From contig NC_086108.1 in NCBI RefSeq assembly GCF_963921235.1, positions 2,604,001 through 2,668,000 on the forward strand: 64,000 nt of DNA, in the 5' to 3' direction. The DNA is from Mobula hypostoma. Lineage: Eukaryota. Every line of letters starts with the position of its first letter. Position 1 is the stretch's first letter. The notes below the pieces were generated by a model. That model ran no database searches and had not been told where the DNA came from. It saw only the letters and a list, made by a program, of their open reading frames with translations. Below are positions 1 to 11,699 of this stretch, one piece after another. A program made the translations under genes and the position numbers.

Positions 1-149
1 TTTGGGATGGTTCCGTGGGGCAGGTCGGGCTCGATGTAATGTTAAATTGGTTTAGCATTGCTGTGTGCACTGAGGTAGAGTGGGAAAGCTGTTTTGGTAA
101 GCGGTCCTTGCAGATCATTTCATCACATTAGCGCGAGGGGAAATAAACA

Positions 150-420
150 AAATGAGATTTGGATAACAAATTTGGGGGTGATATCAAGATTAGGGGTGTA
201 GTTGATAGTGAAGAAGACTATCATGGCTTGCAGCAGGATCTGGACCAGCTGAAGAAATGGGTCGAAATAAGATGGCAGATGGAATTTAATGCGGACAAGT
301 GCGAGGTGTTGCACTTCGGTCGGACCAACCAGGGTAGGTCTTACACAGTGAACGGGAGGGCGCTGAGGAGTGTGAGTACCTACGGGAAAGATGTGCAGAA
401 GGTTGAAAGAGTACAGACCC
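150..420 (+). mobile_element. CR1 LINE reverse-transcriptase fragment (degraded)
   Basis: ORF 159-494 contains KFGGDIKIRGVVDSEED...WQMEFNADKCEVLHFG, typical of CR1 RT. Confidence 0.85.
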
Positions 421-439
421 GTTGTGCATTCAGGGATGT

Positions 440-949
440 TGATCTGTACACCACTGTTGTAAATGTGTGGTTATTTGCCTTCTGGTCAGCTTGACCTCTT
501 CTGGCCATTCTCCTCCGTCCTCTCATTAACAAGGTGTTTTTGTCCACAAAGCTGCCACTCACTGGATGCTTATTTGCACCATTCTGTTAACCCTCGAGCA
601 GGGGGTTTCCAACCTTCTTTATGCCCTGCCCCCCCCCCCACCATTACCATGAACCGCTGCTAACTGGATGTTTTTTTTTCACACCATTCTCTGTAAACTC
701 TAGAGACTGTTGTAAGAGAGCAGCAGTTTCTAAGATATTCAAACCACCCCATCTGGCACCAACAATTACTGCACGGTCAAAGTCACTTCGATCACATTTC
801 TTCCTCATTCTGATATTTGGTTTGAACGGCAACTGAACCTCTTGACGATGCCGGCAAGCTTTTATGCACAGAGCTGCTGCCACATGATTTGCTGATTAGA
901 TATTTGCATTAAGGAGCAGATGTACCTAATAAAGTGGGCACTGAGTGTA
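440..949 (-). mobile_element. Tc1-like DNA transposon remnant
   Basis: TIR acctaataaagtgggcactgagtgta at 924-949. Minus ORF KKCDRSDFDRAVIVGARWGGLNILETA resembles the Tc1 transposase N-terminal HTH region. Confidence 0.8.
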
Positions 950-2218
950 CATACATGACATCCCTCTCCTGTACGTCGTATTTCAGGACATGTGTCAGTG
1001 GGAATAAACCTGATTGATTGCCTCAGTCTCTCCCAGTCCCTCAGGGCTGACTGTCACCAGATTCCATGGCAGTTCCCCTTGTTCTGGAGTGCCTGATGAG
1101 GCTGCAAACACCACCATAGGTGAGGCAGGATTAACCCACCCTGTGCTCTCGCACCCACCAATTGGGAGAGGACCAGAATCACTTTATTGCCATTAGGTGA
1201 AACAGACCAGAAATGATTGTGGTTCGGTGCCAAGCGTAAAACACAGGACAATACCCTAACAGATGACACAATAGCAACCAACAATTTACAAGACAATCGT
1301 TCAAACAGCCATGCGCAATCAACAATTAGCGGAACAGTCACATGTGTAAGCATCAATGATCAGATTGAAATGTGAATATATGAATGTACTCAATAATTAT
1401 CAACAGAATCAGAATCGGAATCTGGTTGAATATCACCAGCATCCATAATATGTGGGGTGCCAGTGTTGAAGGTGTTATTTCTGATCTGCACAAATTCTGG
1501 TTGGTCTAGACCCTGTTTGAATTGGCCTGTGCTGGAATGTAACAGAACAAGGGGAGCAGGAGAGACCACTCGATGGATTTTTTTGCAGGGACAGTTAGCG
1601 TATTACACCTGGGTGAGCTTTGTTGAGAATCTGGATAGCTACAGGAAAGAAGCTTCAGAGATGACTGTAGTCCTGGTGCTGATGGACTTGTCGTGTCACT
1701 CTGATGGCAACTTGGCAAACAGGTGACTGCTAGGGTGGATGGGATCAGCAGTAATTTTTCCAGCTCTTCTCTTTGCTCTGGCAATGAACGTGTCTTTAAG
1801 TGTCAGCGGATGGTGGTCAGCGATCTACTCTGCTGAGTGACCTAATCCCTACAACCTGGACTCGGAGAAGGAGGACGCGGCCAGAAACCGACCGGCGATG
1901 GAGGTGGTCACAACACTCTCAATGATACTGAGTAAAAATTCATCGGGATACACCCTGAGATGTCGTGTTTAGCCGGTGTAGGAACAACAATCTCTGATGG
2001 GCTTTCCTATAACGTGCTTGCCCCACTTCAATGTAGCGGTAGTGGTAGTCCCCAGGAGTCTGAATGACTCAACCAGACACAGCCTGACCATTAATTTCCA
2101 AGGAAGGGAGATCCTTATTTCCACTGTCTTGATAGCATTCAGCTCCAATTTGTTGAGAGCACACCATGCTGCAAGGCAGTCCAGCTCTTTGTTGGCGGGT
2201 CACAACATCATGAGATGA

Positions 2219-2333
2219 GACTAACTACAGCCGTGAACTTGGACTAACTACGGCCGTGAACTTGGACTAACTACAGCCGTGAACTTGGACAACTACAGCC
2301 GTGAACTTGGACTAACTACAGCCATGAACTTGG
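2219..2333. repeat. 23-bp tandem repeat, 5 copies (gactaactacagccgtgaacttg)
   Basis: Directly visible. Lies in a degraded minus-strand LINE-like tract. Confidence 0.9.
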
Positions 2334-2589
2334 CATCCTTTGAGGCAAGTACCAGGCCTCTGAGTTCCTAACAATTCACCAGGTGTTCCGGCTTCCAGCC
2401 CAAGTGCTCTTTATCCATGTTAGGTGGTCATGGAGATGCACAGGTCACTACCCCCATGTTGGTCTTGTGCCATTGCCACTAATCCTCTTTATCTGTGCCA
2501 GGGTCAGTGGGAATGCCATACTTCTCAGAAGGGTGGTGTAGTGGGAATTGAGCCTTCCACTCTCTACTGGCCTTTCAGTGTTTGGATGG

Positions 2590-2905
2590 GCAGATGTTTC
2601 CGTTAGTAGGAGACCCCAAGATCTGAGGGCACAGCCTCAGAATAAACCACTGTCCTTTTAGAACAGACACGGAAGAATTTCTTCAGCCAGAAGGTGATGA
2701 ATTTGTGGAAATGGTTGCCATGGGTGGCTGTGGATGCCATCGTTGGGTGTATTTAAGGAAGATGTTGATAGGTTCTTGATTAAAAAGGGGTTTAAGGGTT
2801 TCAGGGAGAGGGCAGGAAAATCAGTTTGAGGGGGAAAATAATCTGTCGTAACTGAATGGTGGAGTGGACTCGTGAGCCAAATGGCCTAATTCTGCTCCTG
2901 TATCT
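2590..2905 (+). mobile_element. CR1 3' end fragment
   Basis: gggcacagcctcagaata...ttcttcagccagaaggtgatgaatttgtggaa...gccaaatggcctaattctgctcct terminal motif. Confidence 0.8.
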
Positions 2906-3924
2906 CTGGGTTTTGAGAACATTCTTGAAGTGTTTCCACCTGAGAATCTGTGCCGTGACAGAGCTTGGAAACAGTGTCTGGTGTTGGCCGTACAAACGGT
3001 GATTTCCCTCGGAGACCGGAAAGGAGAGAGTATCTCTCTCACAAGCTATTCATATACCTTGAGGAGTCTGAAACGGGAAACTGATGCTGTGGTGCACAAG
3101 CAACGAATGGGAAAAAGCTGCTGATCCCCTTCAATGGGCCAGTCAGTGACTGCCATGGCAGAAGCAACTTCCAACTGGCAAATAAATTAACCCGTCACAT
3201 CAGTTTGCTTTCCTCTTCACTTCTATTTCCAGGTTTAGTAACTGTTTACTGAGTTCCTTAAGGTTGGCATAGCCGGGAGTGGTAATGGGGATAAGCTCCC
3301 AGGGGTGGTGTTCACCTCAAGGGTCTCAGTCCAGAATGTCGACTATATTCCTGCCCTCGCTGAGTTCCTCCAGGTGGGGGGGGGGGGGCGGGGTGTGTGT
3401 CTCTCTGTTAGATTTCCACCACCTGCAGATTTTTCCCTTGTTTGTGATCTCAAACCAAACTCAGCCTTGCAGCTTCAGGAGTAAACTCGGGGTGGGGAGA
3501 ATCTCTGGAGTTGGAGTCCCTAAGACAGTCTTGTGCTGATTTCGATGCTGACTGGTGACTCCTGCAACACTGCTGGTGCTAAACTGTATCGGTCTCTGCC
3601 GTTACTTTGGATTCATCAACTGCATGGAGAGGGGGAGCTTGCTTCTTGGGCAACAGCATGCTGTCCATATTGTACTGCCCAGGCTTGCAGTAGACGCAAC
3701 ATCCATGGTCGATGCTGACCAACGGAGGTCTCAGAAGGTTCAAGTTACTTGTTGTTCTTGATGGATATGATTGCTGTGTCTGAAGCCCTCTGTGATCTCT
3801 TTCCTGAATGTACAAAGTTAGAGGTTCTGAATTGGACCATTCTGTTTGGCCAAAGTTTTAGATGTTCACCGATCTTGGTTGACTTGTGCCTTCCTGATGA
3901 GTCATTATCCAAAGCTGGAGATGA

Positions 3925-4252
3925 CTGTAGACAATAGGGGCAGGAGTAGGCCCATTCGGCCCTTCAAGCCAGCACCACCATTCACTGTGATCATGGCTGA
4001 TCATCCATAATCAGTTCTCTTTTCCTGCCTTCTCCCCATATCCCTTGACTCCCTCTTTCTTGAAAGCTTCCAGAGAATTGGCCTCCACTGCCTTCTGAGG
4101 CAGAGCATTCCACAGATCCACAACTCTCTGGGTGAAAAAGTTTTTCCTCAACTCCGTTCTAAATGGCCTACCCCTTATTCTTAAACTGTGGCCTCTGGTT
4201 CTGAACTCCCCCAACATCGGGAACATGTTTCCTATCTCTAGCGTGTCCAATC
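3925..4252 (-). mobile_element. CR1 3' end fragment
   Basis: ORF 4011-4250 MFPMLGEFRTRGHSLRIRGRPFRTELRKNFFTQRVVDLWNALP. Confidence 0.9.
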
Positions 4253-4299
4253 TAGACTGTAGAGCTAGACAGCTTTCAACATGATGCAGCCAGACACTT

Positions 4300-4527
4300 G
4301 TGCTTGAGTGAGTTAGTTAGTCCTCCCCACGCCGTGTGGCACATCAGGCACAACCTTGCCATTTCTTTAGCATTTTGTCTGTTTTATTTTTTTATGAGGT
4401 TGAGTTGCTAGCTCGGTGCTGAACCCAACCCAGCATGGATGGAAAGCATGCGAGTAGGTGGCAGGATTTGAACCTGGGACCACTTGCCTCGAAGTCTGGC
4501 GCTGTTGCCACAACACCACCGGCCGGC
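4300..4527 (-). mobile_element. tRNA-derived SINE
   Basis: Minus strand starts gccggccggtggtgttgtggcaacagcgccagacttcgaggcaagtggtcccaggttcaaatcc, with A- and B-box-like Pol III motifs. Confidence 0.6.
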
Positions 4528-4984
4528 GAGGGTAGTGGCTGAGGAGTTCTTCAAAATCATCCCTGCAGCTGCTGACCAGTCCCATGCCAGATGCTCACCT
4601 GTACTTGTTTCAGTTGGGGTTGTGTCCTGGCGTGTGCTGGGAATCTCAACTCGGTTATCAGTGAATGGCTAGGCCTGTGTGGGCCTCTTCCCTTCCCAGC
4701 TGTTCTTTAGATCCTTGACGTTCAGTTGGACATTGGCCTTCAGGAACACAGGAGTGGTTTCTTTGTCCTTGATGCAGTTTCCAGCAGAGGAACGTCTTTG
4801 TTTGCAATGAATTAGTTCCTGGTCAATCTCAATTGATTGGCCCTAATGTTAGCAAAGATGAGTCACTTCATGAGTACTAATACAAATTAGTTTTATTTGT
4901 CACATGCTCATTGTACGTGCAGTAAAATGCATCAACAACCAACACAGTCTGAGGAGGTGCTGGGGTCAGCACCCAGGGGCATGG

Positions 4985-5228
4985 TAGGTTTCTGGTACCA
5001 GTGACACAGATTCAATTCCCCCTGCTGCCTGTAAGGAGTTTGTATGTTCTCCCCGTGACCGCGTGGGTTTCCTCCCACAGTCCAAAGACCCACCAGTTGG
5101 TAGGTTAATTAGTCATTGTAAATTGTCCTGTGATTGTGCGAGGGTTACATCAGAGACTGCTAAGCAGTGAGGCTCGACGTGCTGGAAGGGCCTGGTCTGC
5201 ACTCTCATTAAATACATACATAAATAAA
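4985..5228 (+). mobile_element. HE1/V-SINE-like SINE (related copies near 26135-26315 + and 48480-48700 +)
   Basis: B-box-like ttcaattccc, then gtaaggagtttgtatgttctccccgtgaccgcgtgggtttcctcccacagtccaaagac. Confidence 0.7.
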
Positions 5229-6077
5229 AGCTTGAAATTGTTACACTAACCACTATACACCAAGCTGCCACATTCTGGTGGGAAATGCATGCAGTCTATG
5301 TCAATATCATAGAGGAGGGGTGGATCTGGAATGTCAGTAGTTGGTAATGAACATAGAACATAGAAACATAGAAAACCTACAGCACAGTACAGGCCCTTCG
5401 GCCCATAATGCTGTGCTGAACATCTACTTAGTTTAGAAATTACCTCAGGTTATCCATAGCCCTCTATTGTTCTGAGCTCCATGTCGCCATCCAGGAGCCT
5501 CTTAAAAGACCCTATCGTTTCCGCCTCCACCACTGCCACTGGCAGCCCATTCCACACACTCACCACTCTCTGGGTTAATTTTTAAAAAACTTATCCCTGA
5601 CATTTCCTCTGTACCTACTTCCAAGCACCTTAAAACTGTGCCCTTTCGTGTGAGCCATTTCAGCCCTGGAGAAAAAACCTCTGAGTTGAACTCCATCTGC
5701 CACTTCTCAACCCAGTTTTGTATCCTATTCCTATCCTGCTGTATCCTCTGACAGCCCTCCACACTATCCACAACACCCCCAACCTTTGTGTCATCAGAAA
5801 GTTTACTAAACCATCCCTCCACTTCCTCATCCAGGTCATTTATAAAAATCACGAAGAGATGGGATCCCAGAGTAGATCCCTGGGGCACACCACTGGTCAC
5901 CGACCTCCATGCAGAATATGACCGGTCTACAACCACTCTTTGCCTTCTGTGGGCAAGCCAGTTCTGGATCCACAAAGCAAGGTCCCCTTGGATCCCATGC
6001 CTCCTTACCTTCTCAATAAGCCTTGCATGGGGTACCTTATCAAATGCCTTGCTGAAGTCCATATTTTATACAAACAT

Positions 6078-6376
6078 CCATTAGTCTTGTGAGACCATGG
6101 ATTTGCGCCTTGGAAGGTTTCCAGGGTGCAGGCCTGGGCAAGGTTGTATGGAAGACCGACAGTTGCCCAGGCTGCAAGTCTCCCCTCTCCACGCCACTGA
6201 TGTTGTCCAAGGGAAGGGCATTACGACGCATACAGCTTGACACCAGTGTCGTCGCAGAGCAATGTGTGGTTAAGTGCCTTGCTCAAGGACACAACACGCT
6301 GCCTCAGCCAAGGCTCGAACTAGCGACCTTCAGATCACTAGACGAACACCTTAACCACTTGGCCACGTGCCAACAC
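6078..6376 (-). mobile_element. tRNA-headed SINE with CORE-like box, nested in CR1 (family also at 7165-7400 +, 42217-42437 -, 42438-42745 +)
   Basis: Minus strand tggcacgtggccaagtggttaagg...gttcgagcc (A/B boxes), then gtgtccttgagcaaggcacttaacc. Near-identical copies elsewhere in the window. Confidence 0.85.
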
Positions 6377-7901
6377 AAAATCCATTTTCATTCCATCTAC
6401 TATGCTACCTCCATCAATGTGTTTAGTCACATGCTCAAAAAAATTCAATCAGGCTCGTAAGGCACTACCTGCCTTTGACAAAGCCATGTTGACTATTCCT
6501 ATACCTCTCCAAATATTCATAAATCCTGCCTCTCAGGATTTTCTCCATCAACTTACCAACCACTGAAGTTAGACTCACTAGTCTATAATTTCCTGGGCTA
6601 TCTCTACTCCCTTTCTTGAATAAGGGAACAACATCTGCAACCCTCTAATCCTCCAGAACCTCTCCCATCCCCATTGATGATGCAAAGATCATTGCCTGAG
6701 GCTCAGCAATCTCCTCCCTTGCCTTCCACAGTAGGCTGGGGTACATCTCATCCGGTCCTGGTGACTTATCCAATTTAATGCTTTCCAAAAGCTCCAGCAC
6801 ATCCTCGTAATGTCTATATGCTCAAGCTTTTTGATCCACTGCAAGTCATCCCTACAATCGGCAAGATACTTTTCCGTAGTGAATACTGAAGCAAAGTATT
6901 CATTAAGTACCTCTGCTATCTCCTTCGGTTCCATACACACTTTTCCACTGTCACACTTGATTGGTCCTATTCTCTCACATCTTATCCTCTTGCTCTTCAC
7001 ATACTTGTAGCATGCCTTGGGGTTTTCCTTAATCCTGTCCGCCAAGGCCTTCTCATGGCCCCTTCTGGCTCTCCTAATTTCATTCTTAAGCTCCTTCCTG
7101 CTAGCCTTATAATCTTCTAGATCTCTATCATTACTTAAGTAGTTGTTGCTGTATGGACAACGTTGATGTTGTGTCCTTGAGCAAGGCACTTAATCATACA
7201 TTGCTCTGCAATGACACTGGTGCCGAGCTGTATGGGTCCTAATGCCCTTCCCTTGGACAACATTGGTGTCGTGGAGAGGGGAGACTTGCAGCATGGGCAA
7301 CTGCTGGTCTTCCATACAACCTTGCCCAGGCCTGCGCCCTGGAGACTGAAGACTTTCCAGGTGCAGATCCATGGTCTCGCAAGACTAACGGATGCCTTTT
7401 TGTTGTTGTTTGTTTTTTTTAAACCTTTCATAAGCTTTTCTTCTTACTAGATTTTCAGCAGCCTTTGTACAACATGTTCCTGTACCCTACCATCCTTTCC
7501 CTGTCTCATTCGAATGTACCTATGCAGAACGCCACATTTCTGCTGTACATTTTCCTGAGAACAGCTGTTGCCAATTTATACTTCCAAGTTCCTACCTGAT
7601 AGCTTCATATTTCCCCTTACTCCAATTAAATACCTTCCTAATTTGTCTGCTCCTATCCCTTTCTAATGCTATGATAAAGGAGATAGAATTGTGATCACTA
7701 TCTCCAAAATGCTCTCCCACTGAGAGACCTGACACCTGACCAGGTTCATTTCCCAATACCAGATGAAGCACAGCCTCTCCTTTTGTAGGCTTATCAACAT
7801 ATTGTGTCAGGAAACCTTCCTGAACACACCCAACAAACTTTGCTCCATCTAAACCCCTTGCTCTAGGGAGATTAAAATCTCCCATCATGACAGCCCTGTT
7901 A

Positions 7902-8522
7902 CTTAGATTTAGATTATGAAGACACGTAGTCCTCTTTTATTGTCATTTAGTAATGCATGCATTAAGAAATGATACGATATTTCCTCTGGTGTGATATCAC
8001 AAAACACAGGACAGACCAAGACTGAAAAAACTGACAAAACCACATAATTATAACATATAGTTACAAACAGTTTAACAATACCATAACTTGATGAAGAAGT
8101 CCATGAGCACAGTAAAAGTTCAGAGTCTCTCAAATGTCCCACATCTCACGCAGACGGGAGAAGGAAGAAAAACTCTCCCTGCCATGCCCGACCACAGTCC
8201 GACTCTGAGTCATCTGAAAACTTCGAGCTCTGATCAGCTCTCCGACACCAAGTACTGAGCGCCATCTCTGTCCGAACGATTCGACCTCCTTCTCAGTCGC
8301 CAAAAGCAGGCAAGGCCAGGGATTTTGAGGCCTACCCTCCGAAAGATTCCCGACCATACAGTAACGACAGCAGCGAACGGGCGTTTCAGAAATTTCTCCA
8401 GATGTTCCTCTGTGCTTTCACGTCCATTCTCCATCAAATCAGAATTGTCCACAGCCCCTATTTAACAGATACGACGTCATTTTTCACCGGAGGGCTGCGC
8501 ACACCATCTTCTCCTCCCGCCT
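7902..8522 (-). mobile_element. Non-autonomous retroposon nested in CR1
   Basis: Interrupts the CR1 endonuclease region. Minus 5' end ggcgggaggagaagatggtg; 3' end has aataaa and a short (atctaa) tail. Confidence 0.65.
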
Positions 8523-8655
8523 TTATTACACCTTTCCAGAATCTATCTGCTTGTCGATGTCTCTGTTACTATTGGGTGGTCTATTTAAAAAAAACACCCT
8601 GTGGAGTTACTAACGCCTTCCTGTTTCTAACTCCACCCACAGAGGCTCCGTAGAC

Positions 8656-8863
8656 CAGTGGACCCCAACCACCAGGCCACAAAGATGTGCTACCGGGCCG
8701 TGAGGAAATGATATGATTTGGCAATATGAGTCAGCTGCACCTTTCCTCATTCCCTGTCATGCACTGTTGAACTTGAACACCCCCCTCCCCCCGGTCGGCC
8801 GGTCCGCAAGAATATTGTCAATATTAAACCGGTCCACGGTGCAAGAAAGGTTGGGGACCCCTA
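8656..8863. mobile_element. hAT/Charlie-type MITE
   Basis: TIRs cagtggaccccaacc / ggttggggacccta. 8-bp TSD ccgtagac / cagtagac. Confidence 0.85.
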
Positions 8864-11699
8864 CAGTAGACAATCCCTCCATGACTTCCTCCTCTTCTGC
8901 AGCTGTGACATTATCCCTGATCAGCAGTGCTACATCCCCCTCCCCCATCCTTTCTGAAACATCTAAAGCCTGGCACTCTAAGTAGCCATTCCTGCCCCAG
9001 AGCCATCCAAGTCTCCGTAATGGCCACATCATAGCTCCAAGTGCTGATCCACGCTCTAAGCTCATTCACTTTGTTCATGATACTCCTTGCATTAAAATAG
9101 ACACATCTCAAACCATCAGTCTGAGCACATCCCTTCTTTATCATCTGCCTGTCTTCCCTCTCACACTGCCTACAAGCTTTCTCTATTTGTGAGCCAACCA
9201 TTCCTTCCTCCATCTCTTCAGTTCGATTCCCACCCCCCAGCAATTCTAGTTTAAACTCTCCCCAGTAGCCTTAGCAAACCTCCCTGCCAGGATATTGGTC
9301 CTGCGTGGATTCAAGTACAACCCTCCTTTTTGTACAGGTCGCTCCTGCCCCAAAAGAGGTCCCAATGATCCAGAAATTTGAATCCCTGCCCCCTGCTCCA
9401 ATCTGTCAGCCATGCATTTATCCTCCACCTCACTCTATTCCTATACTCACTGTCATGTGGCATAGGCAGTAATCTCGAGATTACTACCCTTGTTTCTCAG
9501 CTTCTTTCCTAACTCCTTGTAATCTGTTTTCAGGACCTCCTTCCTTTTCCTCCCTATGTCAGTGGTACCAATATGTACCACGACCTCTGGCTGTTCACCT
9601 TCCCATTTCTGGATATCATGGACTTGATCAGAAACATCCCGGATCCTGGTATCTGGAAGGCAAACTGCCATCTGTTTCTTTCCTGCGTCCACAGAATCGC
9701 CTATCGGACCTCCTAACTATAGAGTCCCCTATCATTGCTGCCATCCTCTTCCTTTCCCTACCCTTCTGAGGCACAGGGCCAGACTCAGTGCCAGAGGCGT
9801 GACCACTGTTGCTTCCCCCAGGTAGGTCCTTTCTTCCTCCTCCCTCCCCCCCCACCCCAACAGTACTCAAACAAGAGTACTTATTGTTAAGAGGGACAGC
9901 CACAGGGGTGCTCTCTAGTATCTGATTCTTGCCCTTCCCTCTCCTGACTGTTTCCCACTTAACTGCCTCCCGAGACCCCGGTGTGACTACTTGCCTAGAA
10001 CTCCTAACTATCACCTCACTTTCCCGGACCAGACAATGGTCATCGAGCTGCATCTCCAGTTCCCTAACACGGTCCCTGAGGAGCTGCAGCTCGACGCACC
10101 TGGCACAGATGTGACCATTCGGAAGGCTGGGAGTCTCCCGGACATCCCACGTCTGACACCCAGTACAGAACACCGGCCTCACAGACATACTTCCTGTTCC
10201 TATTCTTCACAAGTAACTTACCTCGCCTCGGGCTGCTATCGCCGAAGCCCCGTTGAGCCAAAGCACTCCTACTCTGACTCCTTCTACTCTGTTGCCCGCT
10301 CTATAAAGCTGTCTTTTTAAATTCTTCCCGCCGGTCTAACTCGCTGATGTCCACGCGCTTGGTCAATCGTGTCTGGATCAAACCGCTGAAAGAAAAATGC
10401 TCCCCTTTTAAATTCTTCCCACTGGTCTAACTCGCTGACATCCACGCACCTGTGCAGTCATGCCTCGATATAATGAATAAAGGAAAAGGGGATGTCCCGA
10501 TGGGTGAGGGGCCCACTGGGTGAGTGAAAATTCTTTCTCAGAGACAAAAGCAGTGAAAGAAGAATATTGGGTCTTAAATTCATTGAAATGGAGAAATGAA
10601 GTCCCCAGGACATTCCCACTTCTCAGGGAGGAGGTACAGGATCCCGAAGACGCACACTCAGTGAGTCAGGAATAGCTTCTTTCCCCCCTCCTTCCCTTTG
10701 TCCTATGGTCCACTCCTCTCTCCTAACAGATTCTTTCTTCACCAGCCCATGACCTTTCCACCCCGCTGGCTTTGCCTATCACCTTCCAGCTAGCCTCCTT
10801 CCCCTCCCCCACCTTTTTATTATGGCCTTTTCCCCTCTCCCCTTTCTCCTCAGTCTGAAAGACTATCTATTCATTTTGATAGATGCTGCCTGACCTGCTG
10901 AGTTCCTCACATTTTGTGTGTGTTGCTTCTTCCCCTCTGCCATCAGATTTCTGAATAGTCCATGAAGGCAACCGCAAATTTTGCCCTTATTTATTTATTT
11001 TTTTTATTGTAACTTATTTGTAATTTTTATTTGTCTTGTACTGTGTTACCTCTCAACCGTCAGGCCGTTGAAGCAGAAGGGATAATTTCACTCAGCCCAA
11101 CACTGAACTGATTTCATAATGGGAGAGGGAGACCATTTCACCATGGTTGATCCAATTCCCCCTCAGCCATTCTCCCTGTCTGCGTTCATATCCTGACTAG
11201 TCTAGAATCTATCAACTTCTGCATTAAATATACCCAGTGACTTGGCCCCCACAGCCACCTGTGGCAACAAATTCCACAGATTCACTACTGTCTGCCTAAA
11301 GAAATATTATTTTTTCTCTTTGTATTTGCATTGTTTTCCTGCTACATTGCATTCGAGGTGCAACTGGTTAATCCATTGTGTACTTCACAATATTTAATTT
11401 ATGCACTTTATGTGTAATTCATCTGTAGATTTTATCCTAAGTTGTGTACTACTGTGCTTTATACCCTGGTTTGGAGAAACATTGTCTCATTTGGCGGTAT
11501 ACATGACAGTAAACGTGACTCGATTTCACTTCCATTCAATTCAAGTTTGATTGTTATTCAACCGTTCATGAATACAGCCAAATGAAACAGCATTACTCTG
11601 GTTACAACAAAAGTCTGTCTTTGTGAAAGACTTGGTGGCTGAAGGATGGTTGTAGTTGGGAGCAGAATGTCCAAGGTTACACGTTGTATCGGAGGGATT

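Larger units (their letters stand above)
5350..10470 (-). mobile_element. Near full-length degraded CR1 LINE (5' UTR, ORF1, ORF2 APE-RT) with four nested insertions
   Basis: 3' tail (catagaaa)n at about 5352. RT ORF 5502-6062 (MDFSKAFDKVPH, GVPQGS). Endonuclease pieces (YFNARSI, DVAITETW, GDSDHN). ORF1 9628-10188 has CxxC...HxCxxC plus a leucine zipper, and nearby frames carry SGNH esterase motifs (GDSIV, VHIGTTDI). Confidence 0.92.

Noticed and set aside
2219..2333. Regularly spaced short repeats resembling a CRISPR array (also the 61- and 95-bp arrays)
   Set aside because: Units are contiguous with no unique spacers, there are no cas genes, and the context is a vertebrate intron.
6290..6376. 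tRNA-like sequences with A/B boxes (also about 4460-4527 and 42440-42510)
   Set aside because: They run straight into repeated SINE bodies and lack a complete acceptor stem, so they are SINE heads, not tRNA genes.
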